From assembly GCF_902713615.1 (NCBI RefSeq), contig NC_052175.1, positions 9,837,271 through 9,901,270 of the forward strand: a stretch of 64,000 nucleotides of DNA, written 5' to 3'. This DNA comes from Scyliorhinus canicula (taxonomy: Eukaryota). Shown piece by piece: positions 12,523 through 25,150 of the stretch. Position numbers and translations under genes: made by a program. Every line of letters starts with the position of its first letter. Within the stretch, counting starts at the first letter, position 1. The notes under the pieces were generated by a model. That model did no database searches, was not told the origin of the DNA, and saw only the letters and a program-made list of their open reading frames with translations.

Positions 12523-12699
12523 CTGGACATTATTTATTAAACATTCTCTGACCTGAACATAGATAGGATTTCAGGACCAGTAAAATTGGCAATGGGTCGG
12601 TTCCAGTGTTGGAAGAGGGTAGACACAGTGATTAACATTGCAAAGAGGGAAGTATAAAACGTAACCCAAGCTTTTATGAGGTGGCGAAGGGTTAAAGTG

Positions 12700-13170
12700 T
12701 GAATTGCAGCCCTGTCAGTTTGATGGCAGAGGCAGGAAAATGTTCCTCCAGCTTGTGCTGGGCTTCACTGGATCCATGCAGCAGGCCAACGACAGACATG
12801 TGGGCACGAGAGCAAGATGCTGAGTTAAAATGCCCGCAAGAAGAAGGCGTGTGAGCTGAGTGAAGGTGTCCACAAAACGGTCAGCCAGTCTGTGTTTAGT
12901 CTCCCCATTGTAGAGGAGACTGCATTGGCAGCAGCGAATGCAGTAGAACAAACTGAAGGACGCAGAAGTGAAACGATCCTTCTCCAGAAAGGATAGATTG
13001 CTGCCCATAATCCTGAGACGGGAGGAGGTAAAGGGACAGTTGTTGCACCGTCTGTGATTGCAAGGGAAGGTGCCACAGGGAGGGAAAGGGTTTTGGGTAT
13101 AATGGAGAAGTGGACCAGGGTGTCAAGGAGGGATCGGTATACGATGAATGCAGGAAAGATGAGGCTTCAT
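12700..13170 (-). mobile_element. Penelope-like element fragment (GIY-YIG endonuclease)
   Basis: ORF 12715..13008 has FTSASFSLFYCIRCCQCSLLYNGETKHRLADRF, matching the Penelope FTCxSxNxxYCIxCxxCxxxYIGETxRxLxxRF pattern. Confidence 0.85.
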
Positions 13171-14159
13171 CTTATAGCTAAATACAGCAACACGGTAATC
13201 ATTAATTATAATCTTGCAAAGTGGGTACGTCAATTGGAATTTAAAAACATTTTTTAAAAAAAATTAATTAATTAATTAATTTATTTTTTATATCCCCACA
13301 GATCACTGACCGCTCCTGCATTTTGCTCAGAACAATAAGTCTCCCGATCACTCCTTGGAAAACGGGTCAAAATGGACTGGAGGAGTTTCTGGATTCAGAT
13401 GAACAGATTCACAAATGGTTTGAAGCAGCAACACGGTTTAAACACATCCATAACAATTGAACAAATACTGGAGTTCATTTCGGGAGTATCAAAAATGAGA
13501 CAAACATCACAAAACCTCTCAGACCACTGCAATGTTTTGGAGGTTTTACATATCAGAGGCTTGTTAATATATGTTTCTGTTGGAGCAGTTCAATATAAAA
13601 CTGAGATACCGAGAAATTTAACTTCACAGAATAAAGATCAAACATCTTCAAAACATCGTCAAACTCTCCCTGCTTCAATATATTCCAAAGGTGAAATAGA
13701 GAGAGAGAGAGAGAAAGATCCATCTTTTGCAGCGACCACTCACCAACAAAATGCATTATTTCAAAATGCAAGCAACTTATTTCAATCCAGTTTCTGACCC
13801 ACACACAATTCAATTCTACATCAACAGACAGTCCCAGTAATAGATGGATAATTGGGTCAGATATTCCAATCTGGTGAGACCCGTATTCAGGCCAATTCTA
13901 CTCTGACAGATACTTCCAGTAATACTTGTTCACCGCTGTTAGATATTCCAGTCTGGTTAGTGATCCACACTGAGATCCAATCTAACATTCGACAAGGTTC
14001 CACGACATAAACTACCTTCATTAATCAGAGATCGCCTGAGTAACAAATTCGAGTTATTGTCAGTTAGTGAAAGGGATTCATACCATCGACATGTTTTAAG
14101 ACACTTGGCTGAAATAAATTACGTTGTGTCTTTTTTTTTAAGGTTAAGCACACCCAATA

Positions 14160-14310
14160 ATATTTTTCTAATTAAGACGTAATTTCGCGGGGCCAATTGA
14201 TCTAACCGTCTTTGGGTGGTGATGGTGAAACTCATGCAGACAAGGGGAGAGTGTGAATGGTCCCGGGTTCTCAGCGGTGTCGGCAACAGTGCTAACCACC
14301 TTGACACCGT
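14160..14310 (-). mobile_element. Decayed HE1-like SINE
   Basis: Minus strand cacggtgtcaaggtggttagcac, followed by degenerate body motifs. Confidence 0.65.
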
Positions 14311-14444
14311 GAGTGACGTTGTTGATCAGGTGTCTGTATAACAGTGATCCACGAGATTAGCATTAATCATTTCCAGACATAATTTAAAACCACGGAGCCG
14401 GATACACGCGGATTTACAAAACTTCAATGGTGATAATCACTAAC

Positions 14445-14511
14445 CAGGAACGCCAACAGTACAAAGGATTGGGTAGAATATTCTCTCAGCCTTTTCAATT
14501 GGAAGAAGCAT
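14445..14511 (-). CDS. GPCR gene A exon 1 (MLLPIEKAERIFYPILCTVGVP)
   Basis: ATG at 14511, 67 nt, donor CCTG|GTTAGT; homologous to gene B exon 1. Confidence 0.88.
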
Positions 14512-14601
14512 GTTCAGTGTGAAGTGATGTGTCCCTTCGTGCTGCTGACAGTCTTTCTGTCTTAAACTCTGAGGTTATTCATTTGCAAAACCTTTAATGT
14601 A

Positions 14602-14607
14602 TTTATA
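14602..14607 (-). promoter_or_regulatory. TATA box of gene A
   Basis: TATAAA about 95 nt upstream of the ATG; the context ttcctcag(g/a)gtataaat is conserved in gene B. Confidence 0.6.
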
Positions 14608-14816
14608 CCCTGAGGAACGGCCTCGGGGATATTGAGCTTGCGCATGTGTTCACTTATTTTCCAAAGCTTTGAACAAAGAGATTATGACATTGGGTTCAAA
14701 AATATTATTCTTTTGAGTGAGTGAACACTTTCCAACAGTGAACTGTGTTGATCAGATTGTTCACCTGACAATAACATAAAGGATGTTGTCCACTCAAAGA
14801 CCACCAGGCTCATGTA

Positions 14817-16460
14817 TACATAGAACATAGAACAGTGCAGCACAGAACAGGCCCTTCGGCCCTCGATGTTGTGCCGAGCATTGTCCGAAACCAAGATCAA
14901 GCTATCCCACTCCCTGTCATTCTGGTGTGCCTATCCAATAACTGCTTGAAAGTTCCTAAAGTGCCCGGCTCCACTATCACAGCAGGCAGTCCATTCCACA
15001 CCCTAACCACTTCCCGAGTAAAGAACCTACCTCGGACATCCCTCCTATATCTCCCACACTTAAACCTTATAGTTATGCTCCTTTGTAACAGCTACATCCA
15101 CCCGAGGAAATAGTCTCTGAACGTCGCCTATCTACCCCCTCATCATCTTATAAACCTCTATTAAGATGCCTCTCATCCTCCTCCGCTCCAAAGAAAAATG
15201 CCCGAGCTCCCTCAAACTTTCCTCATCAGACCTATTCTCCAAACCAGGCAGCATCCTGGTGAATCTCCTTTGCACCCTTTCCAATGTTTCCACATCCTTC
15301 CCATAGTGAGGTGTCCTGAACTGCACACAATACTCCAAATGTGGTCTCACCAGGGTCACGTACAGTTGCAGCCTAAACCCGCGGCTCTTAAACTCAAGCC
15401 CCCTGTTCATAAACGCCGACACACTGTAGGTGTTCTTTACGGTTCTATCCACTTCAGTGGCAACCTTCAGAGATCTGTGGACATGAACCCCAAGATCTCT
15501 CTCTTCCTTCACATTCCTCAGAACACTGCCGTTTACCTTGTAATCCGCATTCAATTTTTTTCTGCAAAATAAATCACCTCGCACTGATCAATCCATCTGC
15601 CATTTTTCGGCACAGCTCTGCATCTTATCAATGTCCCTTTGCAGCCTACAACAGCCCTCCACCTCATCCACTACTTCACCTATCTTCGTGTTATCAGCAC
15701 ATTTACTGACCCACCATTCAGCCCCCTCCTCCAACTCATTGATAAAAATCAGAAATAGCAGAAGCCCCATTGATCACTGTGATACACCGCTGGTAACTGG
15801 TCTCCAGTCTGAAAACGTCCCATCCAGCACCACCCTCTGTCTTCTGTGCGAAAGCCAATTACTTATCCAATTGGCCAAATTTTCCTCTATTCCATACCTC
15901 CTTAATTTCTTCATCAGCCGACCATCGGGAAACTTACTAAAATCCATGTGTACGACACCAACTGCTCTACCTTCATCTACACACTTAGTTACATCCTCAA
16001 ATAATTCAATAAAATTCATGAGGCAAGACTTACCCTTCACAAACCCGTGTTGTTGATCCCGGATTAAACTGCATCTTATCAAATCGTCATCAATCCTATC
16101 CTTCAAGACCTTTTCCATTAACTTACCGACCATCGATGTAAGACTAGACTGCCTATAATTACCAGAGTAATTCCTGTTCCATTTCTTGATCATAGGAGCA
16201 ACATTCCTCTCTCCAGTCCTCTGGCACTATCCCCGTGGAGAGTGAGGACCCAAAGCTCAAAGCCAAAGGCTCTGCAATCTCATCCCAAGACTTCCAATGA
16301 ATCCTTGGATATATCCCATCTGGCCCAAGAGACTTGTCGACCCTCAGGTTTTGCAAAATTGCTAATACATCCTACCCGAGAAAATCTATCGCCTTCCAGC
16401 CTACCGACCTGTATCAAACTCTCATCCTCAAAAACATGGCCCCTCTCTTTGGTGACCTTG
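14817..16460 (-). mobile_element. 5'-truncated CR1 LINE (RT and 3' end)
   Basis: QHGFVKGKSCL, GVSQ, KCADNTK and RPHLEYCVQF motifs; (CTATGTT)n tail at 14817. Confidence 0.92.
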
Positions 16461-16532
16461 CCCTTGCAAAACAGTGATAGAAGCTGATAGTCAGCATGGA
16501 TTTATGCAAAGGAAACCATGCTTGAAATTCGA

Positions 16533-16895
16533 GCAACACGGTAGCACAATGGTTAGCAAACTAATTAGCATAGGAGCTTCAAAGCTCCCGGGTCCCAGGT
16601 TCAAATCCCGTCTTGGATCAATATCGGTGTGGTGTCTGTACATTGGCCCGTGTCTGCGCCGGTTTCCTCCGGGTGCTCCAGTTTCCACCCACAATCCGAA
16701 AATGTGGTGGTGAGTTGGATTAGCCATGCTAAATTGCTCTTCGTGTCCAAAACGTTTCGATGGGGTTAATGTGTGAAGGGGAGAGTGTCGAGGTGTGGGC
16801 TTGGGTAGGGTGCTCTTTCCAAAGGCCGGTACAGACTTGATGGGAAGGAAGGTCTCCATCTGCACGCAAAGTTCTAATTCTGTGGGATTCTATGG
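16533..16895 (+). mobile_element. HE1-like SINE
   Basis: gcaacacggtagcacaatggttagc head, ggttcaaatcc B box, ttctatg tail. Confidence 0.88.
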
Positions 16896-16944
16896 GGTAC
16901 TTATCCTCCTATTCACACGACTGCGTGGGTACTTGGTTACAACT

Positions 16945-17862
16945 CTATCTACAGGTTTGCTGACGTTATGACCATAGTGGGCCGGATCTCGAATAACGAC
17001 GAGTCAGAATAATGAGGGAGATAGAGAAGCTGGTGGAATGGTGTAGCGACAACAATCTCTCCCTCAATGCCACCAAAACAAACGAGCTGGTCATTGACTT
17101 CAAGAAGCAAAGTACTGTATTCACTCCTGTCAGCATCAAAGGGGCCGAGGTAGAGATGTTTAGCAGTTTTAAATTTCTCGGTGTGCACATTACCAAAAAT
17201 CTGTCCTGGTCCACTCACGTCGACGCTATCACAAAGAAAGCACAATAGCGCCTATACCTTCCTCAGGAAGCTAAGGAAATTCGGCATGTCCACATTAACC
17301 CTTTCCAACCTTTACAGATGCACCATAGAAACCATCCTATCGAGCTGCATCACAACCTAGTATGGCAACCGCTCGGCCCAGGACCCCAATGAACTTCAGA
17401 GTCGTGAATACCGCCCAGTCCATCACACGAACCTGCCTCCCATCCATGGACTCCATCTACACCTCCCGCTGCCTGGGGAAAGCGGGCAGCATAATGAAGG
17501 ATCGCTCCCACCCTGCCTACTCATTTTTCCAACTTCTTCCATCGGGCAGGAGATAATGAAGTCAGAGAACACACACGAACAGACCCAAAAACAGTTTCTT
17601 CCCCACTGTCACCAGACTCCTAACTGACCCTCTTATTAACTGACCACATTAACACTACACCCTGTATGTTTCATCCGATGCCAATGCTTATGTAGTTACA
17701 TTCTATACATTGTGTAGCCCTATTAGGCATTTTCTCGTATTTTCTTGAATTTTGTTTAATTCCCTTTTCTTCCCATGTACTGAGTGATCTGTTGAGCTGC
17801 TTACAGAAAAATACTTTTCACTGTACCTCGGTACACGTGACAATACACACATCCAATCCAAT
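16945..17862 (+). mobile_element. 5'-truncated Rex1/Babar-like LINE
   Basis: REIEKLVEWCSDNNLSLNATKTNELVIDF...FKFLGVHI...DAITKKAQ; 3' end cttttcactgtacctcggtacacgtgacaata plus (ATCCA)n. Confidence 0.75.
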
Positions 17863-17969
17863 CTTGGAGGATATAACTTTTGGAGTTGATGTGGAGGAAG
17901 CAGTTGTCTCGAATCTGGGGACTTTTGAGAATGTGCCTCTTAAGAATATCAGCAAGTAATGCTGCAGCA

Positions 17970-18430
17970 CATGCCATTAGGGGAAGGCTATTCAGACGGT
18001 CAGAAAAATGTTCGGCAGACAAGAAAAAGAAGAGTGGGAATTAACAATATATTTTCCAGATTGGTAGTGGGGTGTCAAATGTTTCGGTGCTGGGACTCAA
18101 GCTGTTCACAATATCTATTCATGATTTAGAGGAGGATACCAAATGCAATGTTCCCAAATGTGCAGATGACACAAGCTGAAGAAGAGGGTGAGCTGTAAGG
18201 AGGATGCTACAATGTGTTGGAGCTACTTAGACGAGCTGAGTGGGCAAAAACATGAGAGATGCAGTGTCTAATGGATACATTTGAGTTTCATAGCAACAAT
18301 AAGCAGGCCAATTATTATCTGATAGGCTATACTTTGGGAGAGGTTTAGATGCAACCAGACCCGAGGATCTTCGTACACTAGTCGCTGAAGGTAAGCTTGC
18401 AGTTATGGCAGTTGGAACAGAAGCTAACTG
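17970..18430 (+). mobile_element. Decayed CR1 RT fragment
   Basis: Degenerate SVLG..LFTI and KCADDT motifs. Confidence 0.7.
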
Positions 18431-18699
18431 GTTTTGTGGCCATCATAGCGAGAGGATTAATAGAGCAGAATTCTTTCAGATCACAGAGATTTGCCCGTGG
18501 GCCTGATGGTCTTCGAGTGGCCAACATCCTTTCTGTTATTTTTAAACCAACAATGTGATCAACATAGTTTTGGAAAGTGTTCACTCACTCAACAAAATTA
18601 TATATTTTTACCTCAATTTCGTAATTTGTTTGTTCACATCTTTGAAAAGTAAGGTTAAGGATGTTGCAACCTTAATATCCCAGAGTTGATTCCTCAGAG

Positions 18700-18705
18700 T
18701 ATAAA
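18700..18705 (+). promoter_or_regulatory. TATA box of gene B
   Basis: TATAAA 92 nt upstream of the ATG, conserved with gene A. Confidence 0.6.
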
Positions 18706-18791
18706 TTAAAGGTATTTGGAATATATAACTTAAGAGTGTAATACAGAGAGACTGTCAGTAGCACGAAGGGACAGATCACGTCACACACAAC

Positions 18792-18858
18792 ATGCTTCTT
18801 CCAATTGACATTGTTGAGAAAATATTCTATCCAATCCTTGCTACTGTTGGAGTTCCTG
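18792..18858 (+). CDS. GPCR gene B exon 1 (MLLPIDIVEKIFYPILATVGVP)
   Basis: ATG at 18792, 67 nt, consensus donor CCTG|GTAAGT. Confidence 0.9.
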
Positions 18859-20121
18859 GTAAGTGACTATCACCTGTCATGTTGTGTAAATCTGTGTGAG
18901 CGGCTCTTTGATTTTAAACTGTGACTGAAATTGTTTAATGCTGATCTCGTGCTCACTGTTATACAGACACCTAATCAACAACGTCATTCAGATATGTCCA
19001 CTGTCTTTAAACATGTCTATGGCTTGAATCCCTTTAACAACTGACAATAAACCTCTGTTTCGAAATCACGGGATCTCCGATTAATGAAGTTATTATGTTT
19101 AGTGGAATCGCGTATAATGTTGGCTTGCAGCTTAGTGAAGGCAATTTCTCAAAGGACGTTTTGTGGGAGAAGAAAGAAATCACACCGAGTGTGGATTTCC
19201 ATCCAGAGTGGAATATCTGACAGCGGTGAACAAGTATTCTTCAAAGTATCTGTCAGAGTAGAATGTGAGTCTCTCACCAGAGTGGAATATCTGATCCAAT
19301 GACCATCTATTACTGGGACTATCTTTCCGAGTAGAGTTGTATTATATGTGGGACAGGAACTGGACTGAAATAAGTTGTTCTATTTTGAAATTATCTGTTT
19401 TATCGGCGAGTAGTTGCTCCATCCTATGGATATCTCTCTCCCTCTCTACCTCTTCTTCTCTTGCTCGATCTCTATCTCTCATACCTATATATCTATCTCT
19501 CTGTATCTCGCTGTATTCTGTCTTTGGAATAGATTGAAAACAGGAACAGTTTGCCTGTGTTGTGAAGGTGTTTGATATTTATTGTGTGAAGTGAAGTGTC
19601 TTGGCATCTCAGTTTTATATTGAGCGGCTCCAACAGAAACAGATATCACCTACACTCTGACATTTAAATCTCAACACAGTGCAGTATTTTAAATGGTTAT
19701 GTGATCTGTTTCTTATGTCTGTTAACACTGAAATGAAGTCCAATGTTTGTTCATTGTCTGAGGGAGTTTTGGAGGAGTGATGACAATATCTGGTACGTTT
19801 GTGTCTGGTTTGGGAAACCTGGCCAATCTGCGGTAATCCTCTAAATTAGACTAAATGAGAAATGTAACCTCTTCCAAATGTACTTCAATTATGAACATCT
19901 TTTCTATCACTGCCATCAAACAACTAGGTCTGAAATTCCTGCTTTTGCCTTCCCAATACTTAAACACGGGTACATTTGCGGTGTTAAACTCTGTGTCCAC
20001 CCTTCCAATACTGGACCCAACACACTGCCCATTTTATTGATGCTGAAATCTAATCTTGCACCATGCCCTCGAGAATATTTATTCAGTAATTTACAAACTC
20101 TTCTCCCTTTCTCTCTGACAG

Positions 20122-21023
20122 TCAATATACTGGGAATTGTGATTCTGTGTCGCGGAAAGTGTGGCCTCTCTACCTGCACCACTCGGTACCTGGTGGCAAT
20201 GGCGGTGGCGGATCTGCTTTATATTGTCATTCACCCTATACTGACCAAGATCAATTATTATTATTTCCCCCGGAATTTCCTGGAGATCACCCCTGTATGT
20301 AGTGTTCAAGAAGTGCTGATGTCTGCAGCCATGGACTGTTCTGTCTGGTTCACTGTAATGTTCTCCTTTGATAGATTTGTGGCCATTCGCTGCCAGAAAC
20401 TGAAAACTAAATATTGCACCGGGAAAACTGCATCTGCTGTTCTGTCAACGGTCGGTCTCCTACTCTGTGTAAAAAATATCCCCAGGTACTTTCCATATGA
20501 ACCGATAGAGATAATCAACAATGTCCAGTGGGATTGTCAGCCAAAGAGCAGCTTTTTCACTGATCCCATGTGGGATTTAATTATCTTGTTTGATCAGATA
20601 TTAACCCCATTGATCCCATTCGGTTTAATCCTTCTGATCAACGCTCTGACAGTCAGACACATTTTACTCACCAGTCGAATCCGGAAGGCACTGAGGGCTC
20701 AGAGTCAGGGAGACAATCGGAGAGACCCCGTGGTCGAGAACAGAAGGAAGTCAATGATTTTACTCTTCAGCATCTCCGGAACTTTCATTCTCCTGTGGAC
20801 TGTGTTTCTTATTAAAGTTTTCTACATTGATTTCGGAGGTTTGATTGACCTCACTGATCCTCAATATAATTTGCAGGAAGTCGGATATATACTGCTGGAT
20901 TTAAATTGCTGTGCAAACACATTTATTTATGTGGTGACTCAGTCCCGGTTTCGGGAGCAGATCAAGGTCGCGGTGACATATCCGGTTACATCAATTATTG
21001 AATTAGTCAATTTTAAAAAATGA
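20122..21023 (+). CDS. GPCR gene B exon 2: class A GPCR, GPR139/GPR142-like family (322 aa when spliced)
   Basis: Acceptor ctctctgacag|TCAAT gives GVP-V-NILGIVIL. Intact 7TM motifs: AVADL, PVCS, FDRF, WDCQ, NTFIY. Confidence 0.95.
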
Positions 21024-21350
21024 CTGACAGTCTCTCAGCCAATCAGTGACCTCTCAACACTGAGTAACAGGAACCACAGCCAATCACAGACTCTGCTTTC
21101 AGGCTGCAACCAATAAGGAAGCTGGAAAAACTGAGTAGCAGAAACCTCAGCCAATCAGAACCCCTGCTGTGATATGGGGATGCCCGATGTTAACCAGCTT
21201 TCTCAAACCCGTGTTGAATAAACTGCAACTCCGCTGAAGCTTTGTTGCCTTTTCTCTGGTCTGAATTCACAGCTCAATTATCAATGTTTCTGCGATATTC
21301 TCATCAATTCAGCAACCTGGGATTAAGTTCCACATTCTTTCCAATCTGTG

Positions 21351-21356
21351 AATAAA
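21351..21356 (+). terminator. Probable poly(A) signal of gene B
   Basis: AATAAA conserved with gene A (5950-5955). Confidence 0.6.
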
Positions 21357-21949
21357 ATATTCTGCTCTGTTTCCAGAGGAATTCATAAATTAGCCCTCCC
21401 CCCCCTCCCACCCCTCTGCTTTGTGACATACATTTAGTCGAACCACTTTGAATTGTTGTGCTACATGTGAACACTGTCTTTCTGGTGGGAAAGCAGGGCA
21501 GTGGGATTAGTTGGAGACAAACAGAGCTAGGAGGAGAGAGAGACAGTGAAGTTAGTTTGCGATTCATAGAGGGCGATGGAGAGAGAGTGGCACAGTGGGA
21601 TTAGTGTGAGGTTTATAGAGAGCTGTGGAGAGACCGTGGGGCAGTGGGATTAACTATAGATTAATACTGGTCTGTGGGGATCGTGCAGGGCATTGCGATT
21701 AGGGATAGTGGAAAGATCTAATAGTCTAGTGATGTGTCCTCTGTCGTCGAACTGCTATTGGGATCTTGCTCTGCAGAATTGCCTTCACTGCTACTGTACA
21801 TATTAACTTACTGACTGGAGTGGTCTGGGATCAGATTGCCGAATTATTAAAAAATAAGAGAGCGAGGGGAGACAGACAGAGAGGTGTAAATATGGAGAGA
21901 GAAGGAGAAATACAGACAGTGTGAGGGGAAGGCATATAGAGACAGAGGG

Positions 21950-22290
21950 CAGCACCATGGCACAGTCGTTCCCACTCTGTCTCAGCTCCAGGGCCTTCGG
22001 TTAAATTCCAGCCTCGTATCACTCTCTGTGGAGTTTTCACTTTGTCACCGTGTCTGCATGGGTTTCCTCCGGCTTTTCCGGTTTCCTCCCACAGTCCAAA
22101 AAGGTGATGGATAAGTGGAGTGGTCTCGCAAATTGCCCTTAGTCAAAAAGGTTCTGTCGTAATAGGTTACCGGGTGGGGTGGAAGCATGGGCTTGGATCG
22201 GATGCTCTTTTCAAGGGCCTGTGCAGAATCGATTGGCCGAATGGCCTCCTTCTGCACTGTAAATTTTGTGATTCTATGATTCTATGAGGG
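21950..22290 (+). mobile_element. HE1-like SINE
   Basis: gggcagcaccatggcacagtcg head, conserved body, (attctatg)n tail. Confidence 0.88.
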
Positions 22291-22789
22291 GCAACTAGGT
22301 AAATGTTACATCCCGTAAATGTGACATTGCCATTAGATTACCACGGGTTATTCACTGCTTACCCCTCTAAAATGTGCAACCTGACTTCTGAAATTATGTC
22401 TGCAGATTTTCTTTGCACCCCACCAATGCCTTTACCTTGTTGCTTTTGCTGCTTTTGAAGTATAAAAGGTGCAGTTCTTAGTGCAGTAGTTACAGGAGGA
22501 GGAACATTTAAACTAAAGCCACAATTGTACCAATTATTTCTAAAAAAGTCGTATGAAAGTGCCTATTAACATTTGTCCATGTCATCTCATTGTTCTCCGC
22601 CAGAAACATATTTATAGTATTTTCCTTTGTTTGGCTTATGTTGCTCTTTATGTTGCTCAGTATGTTTCTAAACCCCTTTGCTCCAATGACTCATCTCAAC
22701 TCTTCGGTTTCAAATAAACACGTGGTCTCCATTTTCTTCAGAACAATTGCTGCCTTACCAAAAATATCTGTTGTGTGAAAGAAAGAGAG

Positions 22790-23290
22790 CGAGGGAGAGA
22801 GGAACAAAAGATGGGTCATTGGATATCGGGCAAGTTTAGCGCTGGGGAGTAGTGGAGAGTGAAAGAGAGAAAGAGGGAGAGAGGAGCAGAAATGGGTTAT
22901 GGAATAGGTAGAGAATAGGGTATTTGATACGAATAGAGGTGAGGAGGAGAGGAGAGTGACAGACATAAAGCCAGAGAGGAGCAGAGATGGGCTATTGGCT
23001 AGGTAGAGATGGAATATTGGATTGGAATTGATCTGAAGGAGGGGGAGAGAAAGAGACAGAGAGGGAGAGAGAAACATATTGGTTTGGTAGAAATGGAGAT
23101 CGGATGAGTGCAGGGCTGGGGAGGAGGGGGCGAGAAAGTGGCAGAGATAGAGTATTGGATCGGTAGAGATGGAGATCGTCAAGGAAGAGCTGGGGAAGTG
23201 GGAGATAAATAGGGATAGAGAGAAACAGGAGATAAAGCGACCGGGAAAGACACAGGATGAGGTTGAGGTAACGGATATAAATGGGAGTTT
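22790..23290. repeat. Purine-rich low-complexity tract (TATTGGAT units)
   Basis: Inverted homolog of 2500-3370; a similar tract lies at 30440-30680. Confidence 0.7.
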
Positions 23291-24399
23291 CGTTGAAAAT
23301 ATTGATGAACAGCAGCAACAATCCTTGAGTGAGCAAGTACAGTGGTAGGACAGTGAATGAGGGGAGGGGCAGACGGAGGCTCTCATTGTTAATGTTTTTT
23401 GTAATGAGTTAGAAACACAGCTGGAGGCGGCAGGATGAACACACAGGGAGAGACAAAGATTCTTTGGGAAATGGTAAGGGTCGCGTTGAGGAGGACGATG
23501 AGGGTTTCAGTGTACAGTTATTGACCAGTCACTGGAGTAAGCCCCCCCCCCCAACCAGGTGAGATAGTATGTTTAAATAATTAAACGTTGGGACAGTTTG
23601 CACCTTCGTTTCATTTGAAATCTGTCCCCATTTTGGTCCGGTTTTAATAACGGGGAGGATGCATCCATCAAATGGGTGTTCACCCACCTCCCCTCTGAAA
23701 TTGTAACTGTCAGTGAGAGACAGAGCAGTGGTTGGATCTTCCTGTGTTTCGATGATGCATTGTTCGGTTTCAAACCCTTTCAACCTTTCTCGCTCTGTCT
23801 CGCAGGGAGATTTTATTTGAAGTTTGGACAATGCAAATAGAGAATCATTTTGCTGCGATTTCGCCATCTCTCCATTTTTATCATCCACATCCCATTCCGA
23901 TCTCCGGCTATTTCTATCCTCATTGCATCTATCAATAAAATGGTTAAACATATCAATGAGAATTTCTGCTTTTTTGTTTGTGTTGGGGACAGACATGTGT
24001 GTGTGTTGGGGTGGGGGGGGGGGGTGGGTGATGACTGGGGAGGTCTTGTTAAGAGAGACACATGATATGGGCTGTTATCTGTTGAGACCTTGTCCCTTGT
24101 GCGGTAGTTTGTGGCATGTTGGTTGAACAATTAACCTTAATTTATGGGATTGCTCTGTGCGTGTTTTGGCCCCCAGTTTTCCCGCACAGCGACTTCGCGT
24201 GGATTCCGCAAATTCAGTTCAATGAGAGAGCAGCTTCTGCATCGCTCCCATCCTCCAACCCCTCATCAAAAGTCAATCCGACTTCTCGATGTAAACCACA
24301 AATTAAATATTACATATAGTGGCAGCGCTTTGCAAATTATAACGATAAGTGAGGAACATTGGGTTAGGTGCAGGGTATCGGGGAGAGGCAGGGGAGGAG

Positions 24400-25150
24400 A
24401 GATGGAGAGAAGCAACAGGGGAGTATAGGAAGAGGAGTGGGTTGAAGAGCTGCTAAAGGTACGTCTTTGGGTTCAGGGCTTCAGGTGGGAGTCACCAAAC
24501 CAGGAAAAATACTGGTGAAGAGAATTGAGGTGGATGGTGGCTGCGGTTTTAAGCCTTTGCGGGGAGATGGGCGAAGGACGAGGGGGTGGGCAGTTAAATA
24601 GGCCGCTTTATCAGGTTGATATCGACATGGACGGTTCGGAGAACCATCATGGGTGAGCCATATTCAGAGAAGGGATGGGAGTCCGAGCCCAAGTGTGACG
24701 ATGGCTGACTCTGGGAGAGGGGGATCGGAGCCTCTGCTGAGAGTCCTGGCGACCTGACATGGAACGTCTGCGGGCAAAATGCGCCGGGTTTGCCAGTGCT
24801 GTGTCATTGTGCACTTGACATTTAAAGAGCGGAGCAGACTTTTCTGCAGGAGACGTTTCTCTGGGTGAAAGGTCAGATTAAACAGGGAAAGGGATGGGTG
24901 GGGGTGTTCAACTGGGGGGGGGGGGGGGGTGACTCGAATTCAAGGGGGGCGAGGGTTGCCCAAAAGTTGAATAAGAAAAGGTATTACGGGAGTGAGGGTG
25001 CTGAGGAATTCGGGGTTGGGTGGCGGGAGGTGTGAGATGCAGGATTTATTCCAGAATTGGCTATTTTGTTGTGAGTCAGGCGGTGGTGATGGGAGTGGAC
25101 GGAGTGGAATATGAGTAAAGAGTGGTTTCTGGCCACGCTCCGCACTGTCC
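24400..25150 (+). mobile_element. Old, decayed L1/Tx1 fragment (end of ORF1, spacer, endonuclease)
   Basis: acatggaacgtc (TWNV) at about 24757; gctattttgttgtgagtcaggcggtg resembles the endonuclease IDFFVLSRAL segment of the 7-12 kb L1. Confidence 0.6.

Noticed and set aside
19878-20121. N-terminal 80 aa of ORF 19878..21023
   Set aside because: Intronic read-through. A canonical acceptor at 20121 and a homologous exon 1 at 18792-18858 explain the true start.
23529-23996. 155-aa minus ORF
   Set aside because: No recognisable domain or splice context; it lies in duplicated flank DNA.
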